From a virus (lineage: Duplodnaviria; Caudoviricetes): 38,018 nucleotides of DNA. Location: IMG/VR virus record IMGVR_UViG_3300038321_000426, positions 1 through 38,018 of that record. The stretch is one strand, 5' to 3'. The notes below the pieces were generated by a model. It did not search any database. It had not been told where the DNA came from and saw nothing but the letters and a program-made list of their open reading frames with translations. Below are positions 1-10,969 of this stretch, in pieces; the stretch's first letter is position 1, and each line of letters begins with the position of its first letter. Position numbers and translations under genes: made by a program.

Positions 1-1407
1 TTACCACCTACCTGCTAATCTAATCTTAATACTTCCACTTACTGTAGCATTAGTTGCACTTGTAACAGTTATAGTTAAATATTCAGTTCCATCACCCTTT
101 AAATTACTAATACTAAAGTTATTATTATCTATTACAGTCAAAGTATAATAACTAGGATCACAACCACTTCCAGTAAGGGTAAATGTGTCATTTACGATAT
201 TTCCATTACTTGTTTCGCTAATAGTATAATTTTGAGTATTATTTACTTTTATTTTGTTCGGATTAGTTGCTGTACTTGTTATTGTTATAGTTTTTGCTAC
301 TACCGCATTAATAACTATAGGTATTGTCTTAGAATATGTATTACCATCCTCGCCTACATAACTTACAGTAACATTACAAGTGCCTTGAGATATTGCTGTA
401 ACAAGCCCACTATTATTTACCGTTGCAATTGCTATATTATCACTTGAATATGTAAGAATTGGTAAATTTATTGCCGTTCCCTTGTCAGTAACACTTGCTG
501 TAATTTGTTGAGTATTTCCAGTATCCATGCTAATACTCTCAGGCGAAACAGATAATATATAATTATGCTCTGCTACTGCTGCCACTTTTATATTAATACT
601 TGTATCTGCCATATCATAATCACCAATATATTGTATATTTATATCACAAGATCCTTCATTGATTCCAGTAATCATTCCAGTATCAGAAATACTTGCTATA
701 TTCTCATTATCTGATTTATATATTAATGTAGGATTTTCTACTTTTATACCATTTTGATTTACAACTACAATTAATTGTTGTGTTTGTCCCTTCTTTATAC
801 TTACAGGTGAAGGATTAATATTAAATGAATAAGAAGGTTTTTGAGCATTATTAGGTGTTTCATTTACTAAATCATCAGTTTCCATTGTTTGGTCTTTATC
901 TGCATTTACTTTGATTATTCCTTCACATGATTTATCAAGACCACTTACTTTCCATGCTGAACCCATTGTAATAAATCTATCATTTACTTCTATTTTGTCC
1001 GTTGTAGCGTTCCTACTTATAATTACAATAATTTTTCCTACTGGTAATATAATACTTTGGTTGGTTTGCACATCTATTGTTTTAGTTTCAATAATACTGG
1101 GTATTCTTTGAAGTACACCCCCTGGTATAAAATTAATATTATATGGTTCTTTTTGTATTGTATACTTATAATAAACTCCATTCACTTTTTCGTTTCTTGT
1201 CATAATTAAATAATTTATATTATCACATGATATTTCAGTACCTTGTTGCAAATCTTCCATAGTAAAAAGATATTTACTATCTATGGACTGTAATTTATCA
1301 TCAATCTCCTTAATTAATCCTTTAAAGAAGATAGTTTTTTTATAATTATTGAGTTGTGAGCCACTTCTTTTTATACATTGGTTATAAAAATTTAATACTG
1401 TATTCAT
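1..1407 (-). CDS. Virion protein: head-closure-like beta N-terminus plus two bacterial Ig-like group 2 (Big_2) domains
   Basis: Two repeats of the type SxxxGxTQQL...YxSDNxxIA(S/T)(I/V)xxxG(M/L)(I/V)T(G/A)IxxG(S/T)CxI/V; last gene of the head cluster in the window. Confidence 0.8.
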   Translation of the reverse strand: MNTVLNFYNQCIKRSGSQLNNYKKTIFFKGLIKEIDDKLQSIDSKYLFTMEDLQQGTEISCDNINYLIMTRNEKVNGVYYKYTIQKEPYNINFIPGGVLQRIPSIIETKTIDVQTNQSIILPVGKIIVIISRNATTDKIEVNDRFITMGSAWKVSGLDKSCEGIIKVNADKDQTMETDDLVNETPNNAQKPSYSFNINPSPVSIKKGQTQQLIVVVNQNGIKVENPTLIYKSDNENIASISDTGMITGINEGSCDINIQYIGDYDMADTSINIKVAAVAEHNYILSVSPESISMDTGNTQQITASVTDKGTAINLPILTYSSDNIAIATVNNSGLVTAISQGTCNVTVSYVGEDGNTYSKTIPIVINAVVAKTITITSTATNPNKIKVNNTQNYTISETSNGNIVNDTFTLTGSGCDPSYYTLTVIDNNNFSISNLKGDGTEYLTITVTSATNATVSGSIKIRLAGRW

Positions 1408-1415
1408 TTAACCAC

Positions 1416-1772
1416 CTACCTATCTGACGTAAATAACATAAAAACGTTAGAATCTTCACCTGTATCATCATTTGGATCAGGTAAAGTTGCTATTTTATCT
1501 TTGATTCTTTCAATTCTCTGTTCAAGATATTTTGAACATTCAGATACACTCATATTTGTAGTAGTATCTTCCACTTTTCTCATTATATCAATATCATTGC
1601 TTATTGCTTCCAGTATATCAACTACTGTAAGTAATAAATTACGCTGCATAGTAGTTTTATTATATGTATCTGTAGCAGTTAAACTATTTTCTGCCAAATA
1701 CATAGTGTATTCATCATCTGTAAAGTAATCCTTATGATTTAATTCAATTTTTAAACGATCTAATACATTCAT
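1416..1772 (-). CDS. Putative head-tail connector (head completion) protein
   Basis: 118 aa helical protein starting LDRLKIEL...FTDDE, typical of gp6/gp15-like adaptors; position downstream of portal. Confidence 0.6.
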   Translation of the reverse strand: MNVLDRLKIELNHKDYFTDDEYTMYLAENSLTATDTYNKTTMQRNLLLTVVDILEAISNDIDIMRKVEDTTTNMSVSECSKYLEQRIERIKDKIATLPDPNDDTGEDSNVFMLFTSDR

Positions 1773-1789
1773 TTATATATACTTCCTTT

Positions 1790-2080
1790 CTATTTACATA
1801 AATAATATTGTAATTGTCCTGACATATCGCCAGCAAATTCAAATTTCACATGATTTATAGCAAAATCTTTTAATACTAACTCATTTAATCCATTATTACC
1901 GCCAACTAATATATAATCTATAGAATTATTAACATATATTTTAAATTCACCTGTAGTCATGTACACTCTTATATATTCATAATTGTCACAATCAAATTCT
2001 TGTATTTTTGTAGAATCTAAACTATTAAATTTAATTACACCATTGCTGGATTTTATTTTACTGTATTTTACAGTTCCCAT
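1790..2080 (-). CDS. Small beta-rich hypothetical protein, possibly structural
   Basis: 96 aa ORF with AAAGGA RBS, tightly linked to the connector gene. Confidence 0.6.
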   Translation of the reverse strand: MGTVKYSKIKSSNGVIKFNSLDSTKIQEFDCDNYEYIRVYMTTGEFKIYVNNSIDYILVGGNNGLNELVLKDFAINHVKFEFAGDMSGQLQYYLCK

Positions 2081-2129
2081 TTATATCAAGTCCTTTCTTT
2101 ATTTATAGATTTATTTATTTTTAGGCATA

Positions 2130-2165
2130 AAAAAAGGCATTGCTATTTAACAATACCTTTTTTTA
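2130..2165 (-). terminator. Rho-independent terminator after cargo genes
   Basis: aaaaggcattg-ctatttaa-caataccttt hairpin flanked by A/T tracts. Confidence 0.65.
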
Positions 2166-2411
2166 TTATTTATCAATATCTTTTTTATACTTACAATACC
2201 ATTTAACGTATTTTATGTTTAAGTTATATATAATATCTTCATCATTATCCCACAAATTCAAATCTACTTCTTCATGTTTATCCCCTATTTTACGACACTT
2301 AGGATTTCTAATTTGAATAAAATTGTCATCAATTCCAACAAATTCTCCACGATAAATTAAATCTTCTGTAGTTTCTAACATTACCTTTTCTTTCAATTCT
2401 TCATTTTCCAT
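2166..2411 (-). CDS. Hypothetical protein, possibly Sm/LSm-like beta fold
   Basis: GGAGG RBS; KVMLET...YRGEFVGIDDNFIQI resembles an Sm1-like pattern. Confidence 0.55.
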   Translation of the reverse strand: MENEELKEKVMLETTEDLIYRGEFVGIDDNFIQIRNPKCRKIGDKHEEVDLNLWDNDEDIIYNLNIKYVKWYCKYKKDIDK

Positions 2412-2433
2412 TAATATACCTCCAATATAATAT

Positions 2434-2820
2434 TTATAAATTCTTTGTATCTGGATATCTTTGGTTTATATTTAAGTAATAAAAAACGTCTGAGAAAATA
2501 TTTATTAATTCATCAATTTTACTTTTAATTTTTTGATCTAAATCCTCAAGATTTACAGATATATATTTATCATTATTATCATTACTATCAGTAATAGCAG
2601 AAGATTCATTAATTAAGCTATAAATAGATCTCGAAATTTTATTTAAATATTCATTATTAAAATTTCTATCCTCTTTTTGGTATTCTTGAATAAATTCTTT
2701 ATATTCCTTAAAATAATTATTATAAGGATATGGTATTCTGTTTTCTATACTTTTTAATATTTTTCCATGACCAATATAATATATTTTTCCTGCAATTTCA
2801 TAAATAAATGAAACTTTCAT
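2434..2820 (-). CDS. Hypothetical protein
   Basis: 128 aa ORF with GAGGG RBS. Confidence 0.55.
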   Translation of the reverse strand: MKVSFIYEIAGKIYYIGHGKILKSIENRIPYPYNNYFKEYKEFIQEYQKEDRNFNNEYLNKISRSIYSLINESSAITDSNDNNDKYISVNLEDLDQKIKSKIDELINIFSDVFYYLNINQRYPDTKNL

Positions 2821-2860
2821 GTTATCGCCCTCTTATTATTTAATTCATTTCCTACACCAA

Positions 2861-3490
2861 CTAGTTGTTATTAGGTACAACTGTTTTTAATTTATCTACT
2901 AAGCTATTAAAGTCATTTTCCTTATTTGATGTTTCAGTATTATATGACATCAACGTTCCAGTAGGATTGGTTGCTTCCTGATATAAACTGTTATAATCAT
3001 CATATAAACTACTTAATGTTTTATAACTTTCTTCATAACCTTTTGGAGGATTTTTTAGTTTTGACATATTTTTATCTATATCATCTTTAGCTTTTTTTCT
3101 AGTATCCAAAGAGCCATCTGTCTGCCAACCTGTGTTTAGATTACTAATTGCCGTATTAAAATCTGTTTCAGAATTAAAAATAGCACCATGCCATGTACTA
3201 GAAATTTGTGAACACATACTTTCAACTAAATCGCCTTCAACTTTAATACTCAAATAAGTTTCATTAAATGTTCGCACATAATCATCATGTTGTTCTTGAA
3301 TATTTAAGTATTTACCATAACAAACTCCTGCTATAATAAATACAGCAATAATTATAAAAAATATCGTTTTCTTTTTAAATCTTTTAGGTTTAATTTCACC
3401 ATTGTTATTTACCTCTTCTAAACTAGCACCACATTTACCACAAAATACATTACCTTTTCTATTTTTTTCTCCACATTTTGGACAAATCAT
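2861..3490 (-). CDS. Zinc-ribbon, single-TM membrane protein with helical extracellular domain (cargo)
   Basis: N-terminal CPKCG...FCGKCG, hydrophobic IFFIIIAVFIIAGVCYG segment. Confidence 0.8.
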   Translation of the reverse strand: MICPKCGEKNRKGNVFCGKCGASLEEVNNNGEIKPKRFKKKTIFFIIIAVFIIAGVCYGKYLNIQEQHDDYVRTFNETYLSIKVEGDLVESMCSQISSTWHGAIFNSETDFNTAISNLNTGWQTDGSLDTRKKAKDDIDKNMSKLKNPPKGYEESYKTLSSLYDDYNSLYQEATNPTGTLMSYNTETSNKENDFNSLVDKLKTVVPNNN

Positions 3491-3565
3491 AATAGCATCC
3501 CCTTATATTCTATATTACTTCTTATATTATTAATGCATTCACAATTTATTCATATCTTAATCAAT

Positions 3566-3590
3566 ATTCTACAAAATGTAATCAAATCCT
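3566..3590 (-). promoter_or_regulatory. SigH-type promoter
   Basis: - strand gcAGGA-N17-GAAT (GTAGAAT) upstream of 3490. Confidence 0.65.
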
Positions 3591-4498
3591 GCTAAAATAT
3601 TAAAATATTCTTGTAAACATCCATAATAGATAATAATATTTAGAATATAAAATACCCTCAAACGTACCCCATTAACCCGTTTGAAAGAATTTCAGATTTA
3701 AAATTTGTATTTATAAAGTCAAATTTTCCTGTGGGTAAAAATTGTACTTACTGCAATGGTTTTTAAAAATTTAGAGTGATTGAGTTATTTTTAATGCAAA
3801 TTTGCTTCAAAAAATAATAAAAGACATACCTCTATGCCCTTCTATCAAAATATTTTTATACAATATTCTATGAAATTTTATACATTTGTAATGCAGTACC
3901 TAATTGATAATATAATTCAATTGACACATCAACTTCGCTAAATAAATCCTTAGCGAACTTAGTCAAGTACCTTAAAATGCCTTACATCCGTTGATATAAC
4001 TTGTCTAACACAGTTTCGCTTTTTTATTTCGTTCAATTAGCTCATTGAGAATACGGAAAATTGGTAATTATTTTGCCTTTTAATACCATATATTACATTT
4101 AATATGGTATATTTTGCTATTTATTACAATGTATAAATTCACATAATTATTGTATATAAATACATAATATAGATTCAATGTCATTAAGTTAAAAAATAAA
4201 TATTATAGTTATGGAACAGAGTGTGTTAAAAAATACATACCTGTTCCTTTTTATATAATAATTTTTAAAAATTTACTCACTTTATAATTTTTTTTAAAAT
4301 ACTATTGTAATTTTATATTGAGATACCGTAAAATTCATTTTTTCCATAACAATAGATTTTTAAAAAACTGACTGACTAGTCAGTATTGCTCTATGTTATG
4401 TTAACCTCTTTACTATTATAAATTTATACTTATTAATTAATCATTAACGTGTATTAATTACATACTAATCATTAATATTTGTCAATTAATATTTGCTA

Positions 4499-5848
4499 TT
4501 AGTTAGCATTATCACCATTCATACTATTATTGTCTTTACTATTATCTTTGCTATTTATATTATCACTTTCCCCTTCTTCTTTCAATCTGTCTAATTCTTG
4601 CGTAACATCTGTTGTTATAGGAGATTTCTCAATAATAGTTTTCTTTGATATAGCACCCATATCATATTGCTTATTTAATTGATCTAGTAAGTCACTAGCA
4701 TTTACTGGTCTACTATAATTAAATTCTACATCGATATATTCATCATCACTAAACATTACTCCTTTTAATAGCAATAACTTATCAAATGCTTCAAACCTTT
4801 GGATTAATCCTGCCCTTATACATTGTTCATTGACCATTGCATACACATCAGCCAACTGATAAAGTATCTGTAAACTAACTTCCGATACATTAGATATATT
4901 ACCATTACCACCAGTTGCAATGCTTGGCATATGTGCTACAAAATTGAGTTTCTGTTCCAATTTATCAATATACATTTTAATGGTATTATAATCCATAGTA
5001 GCATTTACATATTTCATATCACTACCATTTTCAAGTGAAATGGAATAACCTACTGCATCCTTATCAATTGTACCTTCTATTTGTTGTCCTGTAATTACTG
5101 GTATAGGACTTAATGACAACGTATATATACTATCACCTAACTTGGATAATAAGTCCTCTATTTCATCAAGAATAGGCAATATATCATATAATAGAGATTC
5201 TCCATAATTAATATTCCAATCATTTTTATTATGATAATGAATAGGAAGTCCACTTAAATTGGGACTACTCGATATTAGATTAATACCTTCATTTTCATTA
5301 TTATAAGAATCCACCCTATCTGGATAATATACATTATAGTAATCAATACCATTTACAGTCCAATACTCTATAAAAGCAACATAGTTATTTGTCTCAGTAA
5401 TTACTGGATAACCGTCCGCACTATCAATAATCTTAGATACTATATTCTTATTACCATCAAGATATACGTATTCATAAGCATCTCCAAACTTACCTATATT
5501 ATCTATAATATCATAATCTATTTGGTTATAATTGCCTTTCCTATATATATTCTGGTATGCAGATACTTTATTCTCTGAACCCGTTAAACTTAATGGTTTC
5601 CCTAATAAATATGTACTATGGAAATTTAATATTGTTTTTGCTTCCTGTATAATTAATTTCTTTGTCTTATATTCCTTGCCTTTATACTGCATATCCTTTT
5701 TCTGTAATATTCTATGTATTCCATGCAGATATTCTTTATTGCTTATTACTCTACTAATTCTATTTAAATGAAATCCTTGATTTACTTCTTGAACAAACCA
5801 TTCAGGATCACCACTATATACTTTATTAATATATTCATTTATATCCAT
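4499..5848 (-). CDS. Phage portal protein, SPP1 gp6-like
   Basis: 449 aa, immediately after TerL; motifs FGDAYEYVY, LPIHY..N..GES, SNVSEVSL, EFNYSRPVN. Confidence 0.9.
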   Translation of the reverse strand: MDINEYINKVYSGDPEWFVQEVNQGFHLNRISRVISNKEYLHGIHRILQKKDMQYKGKEYKTKKLIIQEAKTILNFHSTYLLGKPLSLTGSENKVSAYQNIYRKGNYNQIDYDIIDNIGKFGDAYEYVYLDGNKNIVSKIIDSADGYPVITETNNYVAFIEYWTVNGIDYYNVYYPDRVDSYNNENEGINLISSSPNLSGLPIHYHNKNDWNINYGESLLYDILPILDEIEDLLSKLGDSIYTLSLSPIPVITGQQIEGTIDKDAVGYSISLENGSDMKYVNATMDYNTIKMYIDKLEQKLNFVAHMPSIATGGNGNISNVSEVSLQILYQLADVYAMVNEQCIRAGLIQRFEAFDKLLLLKGVMFSDDEYIDVEFNYSRPVNASDLLDQLNKQYDMGAISKKTIIEKSPITTDVTQELDRLKEEGESDNINSKDNSKDNNSMNGDNAN

Positions 5849-5862
5849 TTAATCAATCCTTT

Positions 5863-7428
5863 CTACCATTTATAATTTATTCCATGCTTTATGATATATA
5901 ATGCAAGTGCTGTGGCCATTACACTATCATCATGCTGGCCTGAAACTGCACCCATACTTCCACTATCACTTATTTCAAAAACCTGCATTTCCTGAAGCAA
6001 TCTTACTGAATTAATTTGTATTGCTCCAGTATCAAACAATTCAACAAAATCATTTATAATAATTCCTTTGCTTTTAGCATTGGTATCAAAACCTAATCTG
6101 GTTATCATTTTATTGTTTTCATCAAATAATTTTTGTTTGTATATTCTTTGATATTTGAAAGTATATCTCAATCTTTCAATAACACTATTACCACCACTGG
6201 CTCTTTCAACATTTAATATTGCTTTATTATAATAATGACCTAATGTATCAATTATTTCTGCCATTTGATAAGGTTTAATCTTATTATTATAAAACTCTGC
6301 TACCTGTTCGCCATCTTGGGAGAATACTTCACATACAGAATAATCTTGTCCTACACCTTCAGACATATCTACTCCAATAAAATAACGTTCTCCTACTTTT
6401 TTTGTCTTATAAATAAAAAATGATTTACCATAATATTTTTTCAATAATACTGGCAAGTCAATCAAATTATCTTTCTTTATGTAATTATTCTTTGGAATAC
6501 TTCTTTGCACATCTGTTATTCTTTTATTATTGAATATATTTGCTCCACTGTTTATGAATCCTTCTAAATCTGTAGAAGGGTACTCCTGATGAAAAGCATC
6601 CAATCCACTACTAGCAACTTTTAATCTTCTCCACATTAATTGTTCCATACTGGCACCCAAATTTACTAATTCCAATTCTTCATCATCTAATTCTTCTTTA
6701 ATAAGTGATTTGTTATTATGTTTTGCTTTATATATTTCAGCACTATTTTTATAATCCTTTTCAAATAATGTGCTGCCATCAATCCAATTAAAGAAGAACG
6801 ATTTATAACTATTTTCATTATTTTTTGCTTGAAAATATAGATCGTGAAAATAATTCAATCCATTTGCAGTAGATTCAATAATTAATTTTCCATCTGGTGC
6901 TAATGCCTGAGTAATACTATTTAATTGTTTCTTGGACATCTTCCAAAATGCAAATTCTGATAAATGTACTAGATGCAATGTATCGCCCCTTGCTACATCT
7001 TTATTACCTGCACATACACAAGTAATCTTGCTACCATTTACCATTTTTATTTCCTGTCTATTGTTAGCAATTGTTTTTGGTCTTAACCAATCGGGTAATG
7101 AATTAAACTGCTGCTTCAATTTATCGAATATAGTATTACAACTCTTCTGATCATGTGATACAAGTAAGCAACAACTATTAGGATATACAATACATTGTCT
7201 TATACTTAAAGCAACTGTACATACAGATAGTCCCAACTGCCTAGATTTAAGTACAATATTAAATTTATTTAATCCTTCAACAAATTGTTTTTGCTCTGGT
7301 GTAAGTATAAAAGGTACTAATTTTGTATCTTTATTAACTATTTTAATAAATGCTCCTATCCATTTAATTTCGTGTCCATCTTGCCACAAATATTTTAATT
7401 TCTTAGCATTTTCTATGCTCAATGGCAT
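5863..7428 (-). CDS. terL: Terminase large subunit
   Basis: Walker A LKSRQLGLS, Walker B variant LVHLSEFAFW, coupling motif ESTANG, RNase H-like nuclease IGVDMSEG...HDDSVMA. Confidence 0.95.
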   Translation of the reverse strand: MPLSIENAKKLKYLWQDGHEIKWIGAFIKIVNKDTKLVPFILTPEQKQFVEGLNKFNIVLKSRQLGLSVCTVALSIRQCIVYPNSCCLLVSHDQKSCNTIFDKLKQQFNSLPDWLRPKTIANNRQEIKMVNGSKITCVCAGNKDVARGDTLHLVHLSEFAFWKMSKKQLNSITQALAPDGKLIIESTANGLNYFHDLYFQAKNNENSYKSFFFNWIDGSTLFEKDYKNSAEIYKAKHNNKSLIKEELDDEELELVNLGASMEQLMWRRLKVASSGLDAFHQEYPSTDLEGFINSGANIFNNKRITDVQRSIPKNNYIKKDNLIDLPVLLKKYYGKSFFIYKTKKVGERYFIGVDMSEGVGQDYSVCEVFSQDGEQVAEFYNNKIKPYQMAEIIDTLGHYYNKAILNVERASGGNSVIERLRYTFKYQRIYKQKLFDENNKMITRLGFDTNAKSKGIIINDFVELFDTGAIQINSVRLLQEMQVFEISDSGSMGAVSGQHDDSVMATALALYIIKHGINYKW

Positions 7429-7832
7429 TATTTATCACCTTGCAATCCAGGTATATTAATTCCATCAAGATATTCATTAACCTCATCTTCTCCATTTTTA
7501 AAGAAATCACTTTTAAAAAAATCTTCGCACCATTTAGCAGAATTTACATCACCTTTTTTTATTGCTTTGTTGTACATACTATTATAAATATCAAGCATTT
7601 TTAAATTTTGTACTTGCTTCAAATATGCTTTTATTGCTTCCTGTACGTCTTCTCTCATTATCCAATCTGACATAGCAGTTTCATACTCAACTGCTGTACA
7701 ATTTTTTATCTCTTTATCATAATTTTCTTTAGTTCTATCACTATCTACATACCACTTAACAAAATATGAAATTTTTTGGTTATTACCATGTAACATATTT
7801 TTTATATTTTCTGGTGGAGTTTTTTTTGCCAT
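7428..7832 (-). CDS. Probable terminase small subunit
   Basis: 134 aa helical ORF whose stop overlaps the TerL start; KAIKKGDVNSAKW resembles the TerS GDxxA motif. Confidence 0.7.
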   Translation of the reverse strand: MAKKTPPENIKNMLHGNNQKISYFVKWYVDSDRTKENYDKEIKNCTAVEYETAMSDWIMREDVQEAIKAYLKQVQNLKMLDIYNSMYNKAIKKGDVNSAKWCEDFFKSDFFKNGEDEVNEYLDGINIPGLQGDK

Positions 7833-7927
7833 ATATATTACTTCCCTTCTTTATTATTTTGTTGTATTAAAAAAAGACACTATAAAAATATAGCATCTTT
7901 AAATTATTTTATTATCTTTTTTACCTT

Positions 7928-9361
7928 CTAATCAAATCTTCTCGTATATATATTATTTACCCATCCTTTTACAATATTATCATTATTATCTTCATCTATG
8001 TATTCAACATAAGACCAATGATTATTTTTCTTTATAATTTCTACAACATTACCTTTATATAACTTTTTAATACAATATGACTTCATGGACTTTCTTACCC
8101 TCACATAAGCTTTATCTGAAACAATATATCTATAAGTTCTAAAAACTATTTTTTCATTTTCATGAAATTCATTTTTTATCTTAAACGCTACATCCTTTTT
8201 AATAACTTTCAATTCTCCATTATTAATATTTTTTTTATCACTAGTAATTCTTATAATATTAGTAATACCTTTTACAAAATTATTTCGATTAGTAATAGCT
8301 AAATTAACCAAATTTGTAATAATAATAGTAATAATAATCATTATAAATTTAGCTATTAAAGGATTCTTATTAGAAAAAATTTTCCATTTAGCATCTATTT
8401 TCTGTTGAGTATTTTTCTTTTCAACAACCGTATCATTTTCACTGAATACATCTTTTATAATATTTTGAGTTTCTGATATTTCTTCTGTAGTTGGTCTATA
8501 ATTATTTAAACTTTCAATATCTTCATCAGTTAGAACCATATCTTCTGCTAATCGCTGGAAATTCCAAATTGGTTTAAAAGAAGTTTTAAATTGTGAAACA
8601 ACACTATCAGATATTATTTTTGACATACCTGTTAATGGTTGTAACATTTCTTCAATTTGTATTTTTGTATCTATAATTGGTGCTAAAGTTTCAGCAACAT
8701 TATTAGCTTTCCAAATTAGTTGGGTACAAAACAAATTATTTGATGATATTACATCTGATATACCACCATTAATTCTAAAATCATCTACATTAAATTTAGG
8801 AATAATTTTACACCAATTATCATAATTAAACTGAAATAATTTATTTACTTGTACAAGATTATCTATAAAACTTTTTGGTATTGATTGAATAGTATTTCTA
8901 AAATCTAAAAATCTATTAGCTATATCTTCACACTTTTTTAAACACTTGTTTCTTTCATATTCAATCGCATTATAAAATCTTTCAAAGTGATTATCAATTA
9001 CGTTTTTATTGTAATATTCAGTCAACGTTTTTGATTGCTTTACTACTAATTCTAATATTTTAATTAAATCTTTATCATTAAAATTTTCTACATCCTTTAT
9101 TTCTACATTATTAATTTTTTGTTCAACCTGAGCCATATTAACTTTTATCATAGAAAACACTAATCCACAGAATGCTTTTCTATAATCTTTAAATTTATTA
9201 TATATCTCAAAATATTTTTTATGAGCATTACAATTATAATATACTGGAACATAAAATATACCTTTATCACTAGGTACTTGTACTATTTTTGTTTTATTTT
9301 TTATACTTTTTATTAATTCACTTGCGTTATGTATTTTTTTACTTTTATCATTATCAGCCAT
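7928..9361 (-). CDS. Membrane-anchored protein with C-terminal bacterial SH3 domain (cargo)
   Basis: TM segment IMIIITIIITNLVNLAI; C-terminal AYVR...KLYKGNVVEIIKKNNHWSYVEY...KGWV. Confidence 0.75.
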   Translation of the reverse strand: MADNDKSKKIHNASELIKSIKNKTKIVQVPSDKGIFYVPVYYNCNAHKKYFEIYNKFKDYRKAFCGLVFSMIKVNMAQVEQKINNVEIKDVENFNDKDLIKILELVVKQSKTLTEYYNKNVIDNHFERFYNAIEYERNKCLKKCEDIANRFLDFRNTIQSIPKSFIDNLVQVNKLFQFNYDNWCKIIPKFNVDDFRINGGISDVISSNNLFCTQLIWKANNVAETLAPIIDTKIQIEEMLQPLTGMSKIISDSVVSQFKTSFKPIWNFQRLAEDMVLTDEDIESLNNYRPTTEEISETQNIIKDVFSENDTVVEKKNTQQKIDAKWKIFSNKNPLIAKFIMIIITIIITNLVNLAITNRNNFVKGITNIIRITSDKKNINNGELKVIKKDVAFKIKNEFHENEKIVFRTYRYIVSDKAYVRVRKSMKSYCIKKLYKGNVVEIIKKNNHWSYVEYIDEDNNDNIVKGWVNNIYTRRFD

Positions 9362-9404
9362 AATATCACTTCCCTAGCAATATTATACTATATAATTACA
9401 TTTG

Positions 9405-10103
9405 TTAATGTATTTCTTTTATTAGATTTATACACTTAATACCTAATTCATTTATAAAATACTTATCGCCCCAAAATGCTCTGGTCAAAAAGCCATCTAA
9501 AATTAAAGTATTAACACAAATATCAGTATTTTGTCTTGTTAAATTATCTAAAGGCAAATCTTCATTATCAAAATCAGGTTTATCCCTATCATTTATTTCC
9601 AAATGTTTTTTATAAACTTCATCAAGTAATAATATATGTTCCTCCGTATAATCTGATACACGATTTAAAATATACTCTTTATAAAAATCATGAGAAAACT
9701 CTTTAGTAGAGTAATTAATTAATATATTAGCATAATATTTTATTTTTTCTTCTCTATGATCTCTTCTTACATTATTAAATACTTTAAATACAAGTTCTGT
9801 AAATTCCTCTGAATTAGTAAAATCATAATCAATTTTAGTTTTATCCATTAACTTTATTTTTTTATCTAAGTTATCTAACAAGTTAATCATTCTTTTATGC
9901 TCAATGCTCCTTAATTTTTCACCTAAAGCAGAAATTATCGGATCTACTCCTATACAATTGCCAGTAAATTTCAAAATTACACTTCTATTATAGATATCAT
10001 ACAATGACTCTATACCTTTTTTTAATGTTTCCTTATTTATAATTTTTGTATGAACTGGATCTACACATTTCCTTATAACTATACTTTTAGATTTATCACT
10101 CAT
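9405..10103 (-). CDS. Hypothetical protein, Abi-alpha (DUF4393)-like helical domain with wHTH-like tail
   Basis: SEEFTELV...EEKIKYYANILIN...EEHILLL pattern and C-terminal YFINELG; family resemblance by eye. Confidence 0.5.
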   Translation of the reverse strand: MSDKSKSIVIRKCVDPVHTKIINKETLKKGIESLYDIYNRSVILKFTGNCIGVDPIISALGEKLRSIEHKRMINLLDNLDKKIKLMDKTKIDYDFTNSEEFTELVFKVFNNVRRDHREEKIKYYANILINYSTKEFSHDFYKEYILNRVSDYTEEHILLLDEVYKKHLEINDRDKPDFDNEDLPLDNLTRQNTDICVNTLILDGFLTRAFWGDKYFINELGIKCINLIKEIH

Positions 10104-10170
10104 TCTATTATCACTTCCCTAATGAAAATTATATACCAATAAATCAATTCTACAGACGTGCCACAATTTA

Positions 10171-10905
10171 TTAATCATCATCTTCAAACAAATTTGGATG
10201 ATATAAAATACTTGCACTCTTACAATCAGGATTTTGAAAAGCATAAAATTCAACTTCATTTTTTCCCCAACTATCTTTCCAATTACATAAAAATAAATCA
10301 CTATTTTTATGTTGTACAAGCAAACAATCTGTCAAACAATCATCTACTGCAAATTTTTCTAATCCATTTTGAAACCAAACACTCTTACCATTTGGAACAG
10401 CAATCTGATTGCTTATTAAATATTTTTTCTTATTAGCTTCCTGTTCTTCTTTAGTAGTACCTGGAATATTCCAAAATTCAATAAATGGAGGTATATACCA
10501 TGCTGTAATCTCTACATCTTCAGTATTTGCTTTCAATTCTAATATTTTAACCATATAGAGTGTTATAACATCTCCACTATTGTATGTTGTGTCTATATTT
10601 ATGTATCCAGTTCCTCCTGTTTCATCCCAACATAAAGCGTGATTTATGCTGCAAGTATTTTTTACCTTTATTTCTAATTTATAAAACCATGTCTTTGCTT
10701 GTATTATAGAATCACCTGTTGCTGGATTTATACCACTTTGCAGCTTACTCCAGCACCTATATGTATCATGTTTGTAGCCAAAAACTTTGGGATCTATATC
10801 GTTCCAATCTAAAATATTCCTTGCATCACTTAAAGTTGCATCCATTTGTTGCTGATAATTCTGGCCATCTGGTAATTTATTTATATTTTCTTCAAATGTT
10901 ATCAT
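10171..10905 (-). CDS. Hypothetical protein
   Basis: 244 aa ORF with AAGGGG RBS; no recognisable motif. Confidence 0.7.
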   Translation of the reverse strand: MITFEENINKLPDGQNYQQQMDATLSDARNILDWNDIDPKVFGYKHDTYRCWSKLQSGINPATGDSIIQAKTWFYKLEIKVKNTCSINHALCWDETGGTGYINIDTTYNSGDVITLYMVKILELKANTEDVEITAWYIPPFIEFWNIPGTTKEEQEANKKKYLISNQIAVPNGKSVWFQNGLEKFAVDDCLTDCLLVQHKNSDLFLCNWKDSWGKNEVEFYAFQNPDCKSASILYHPNLFEDDD

Positions 10906-10969
10906 TATAACATCCCCTTTATGATTTTTTTTATAAAAAAAGATGCTACTTATGTAACATCCTTTAAAA

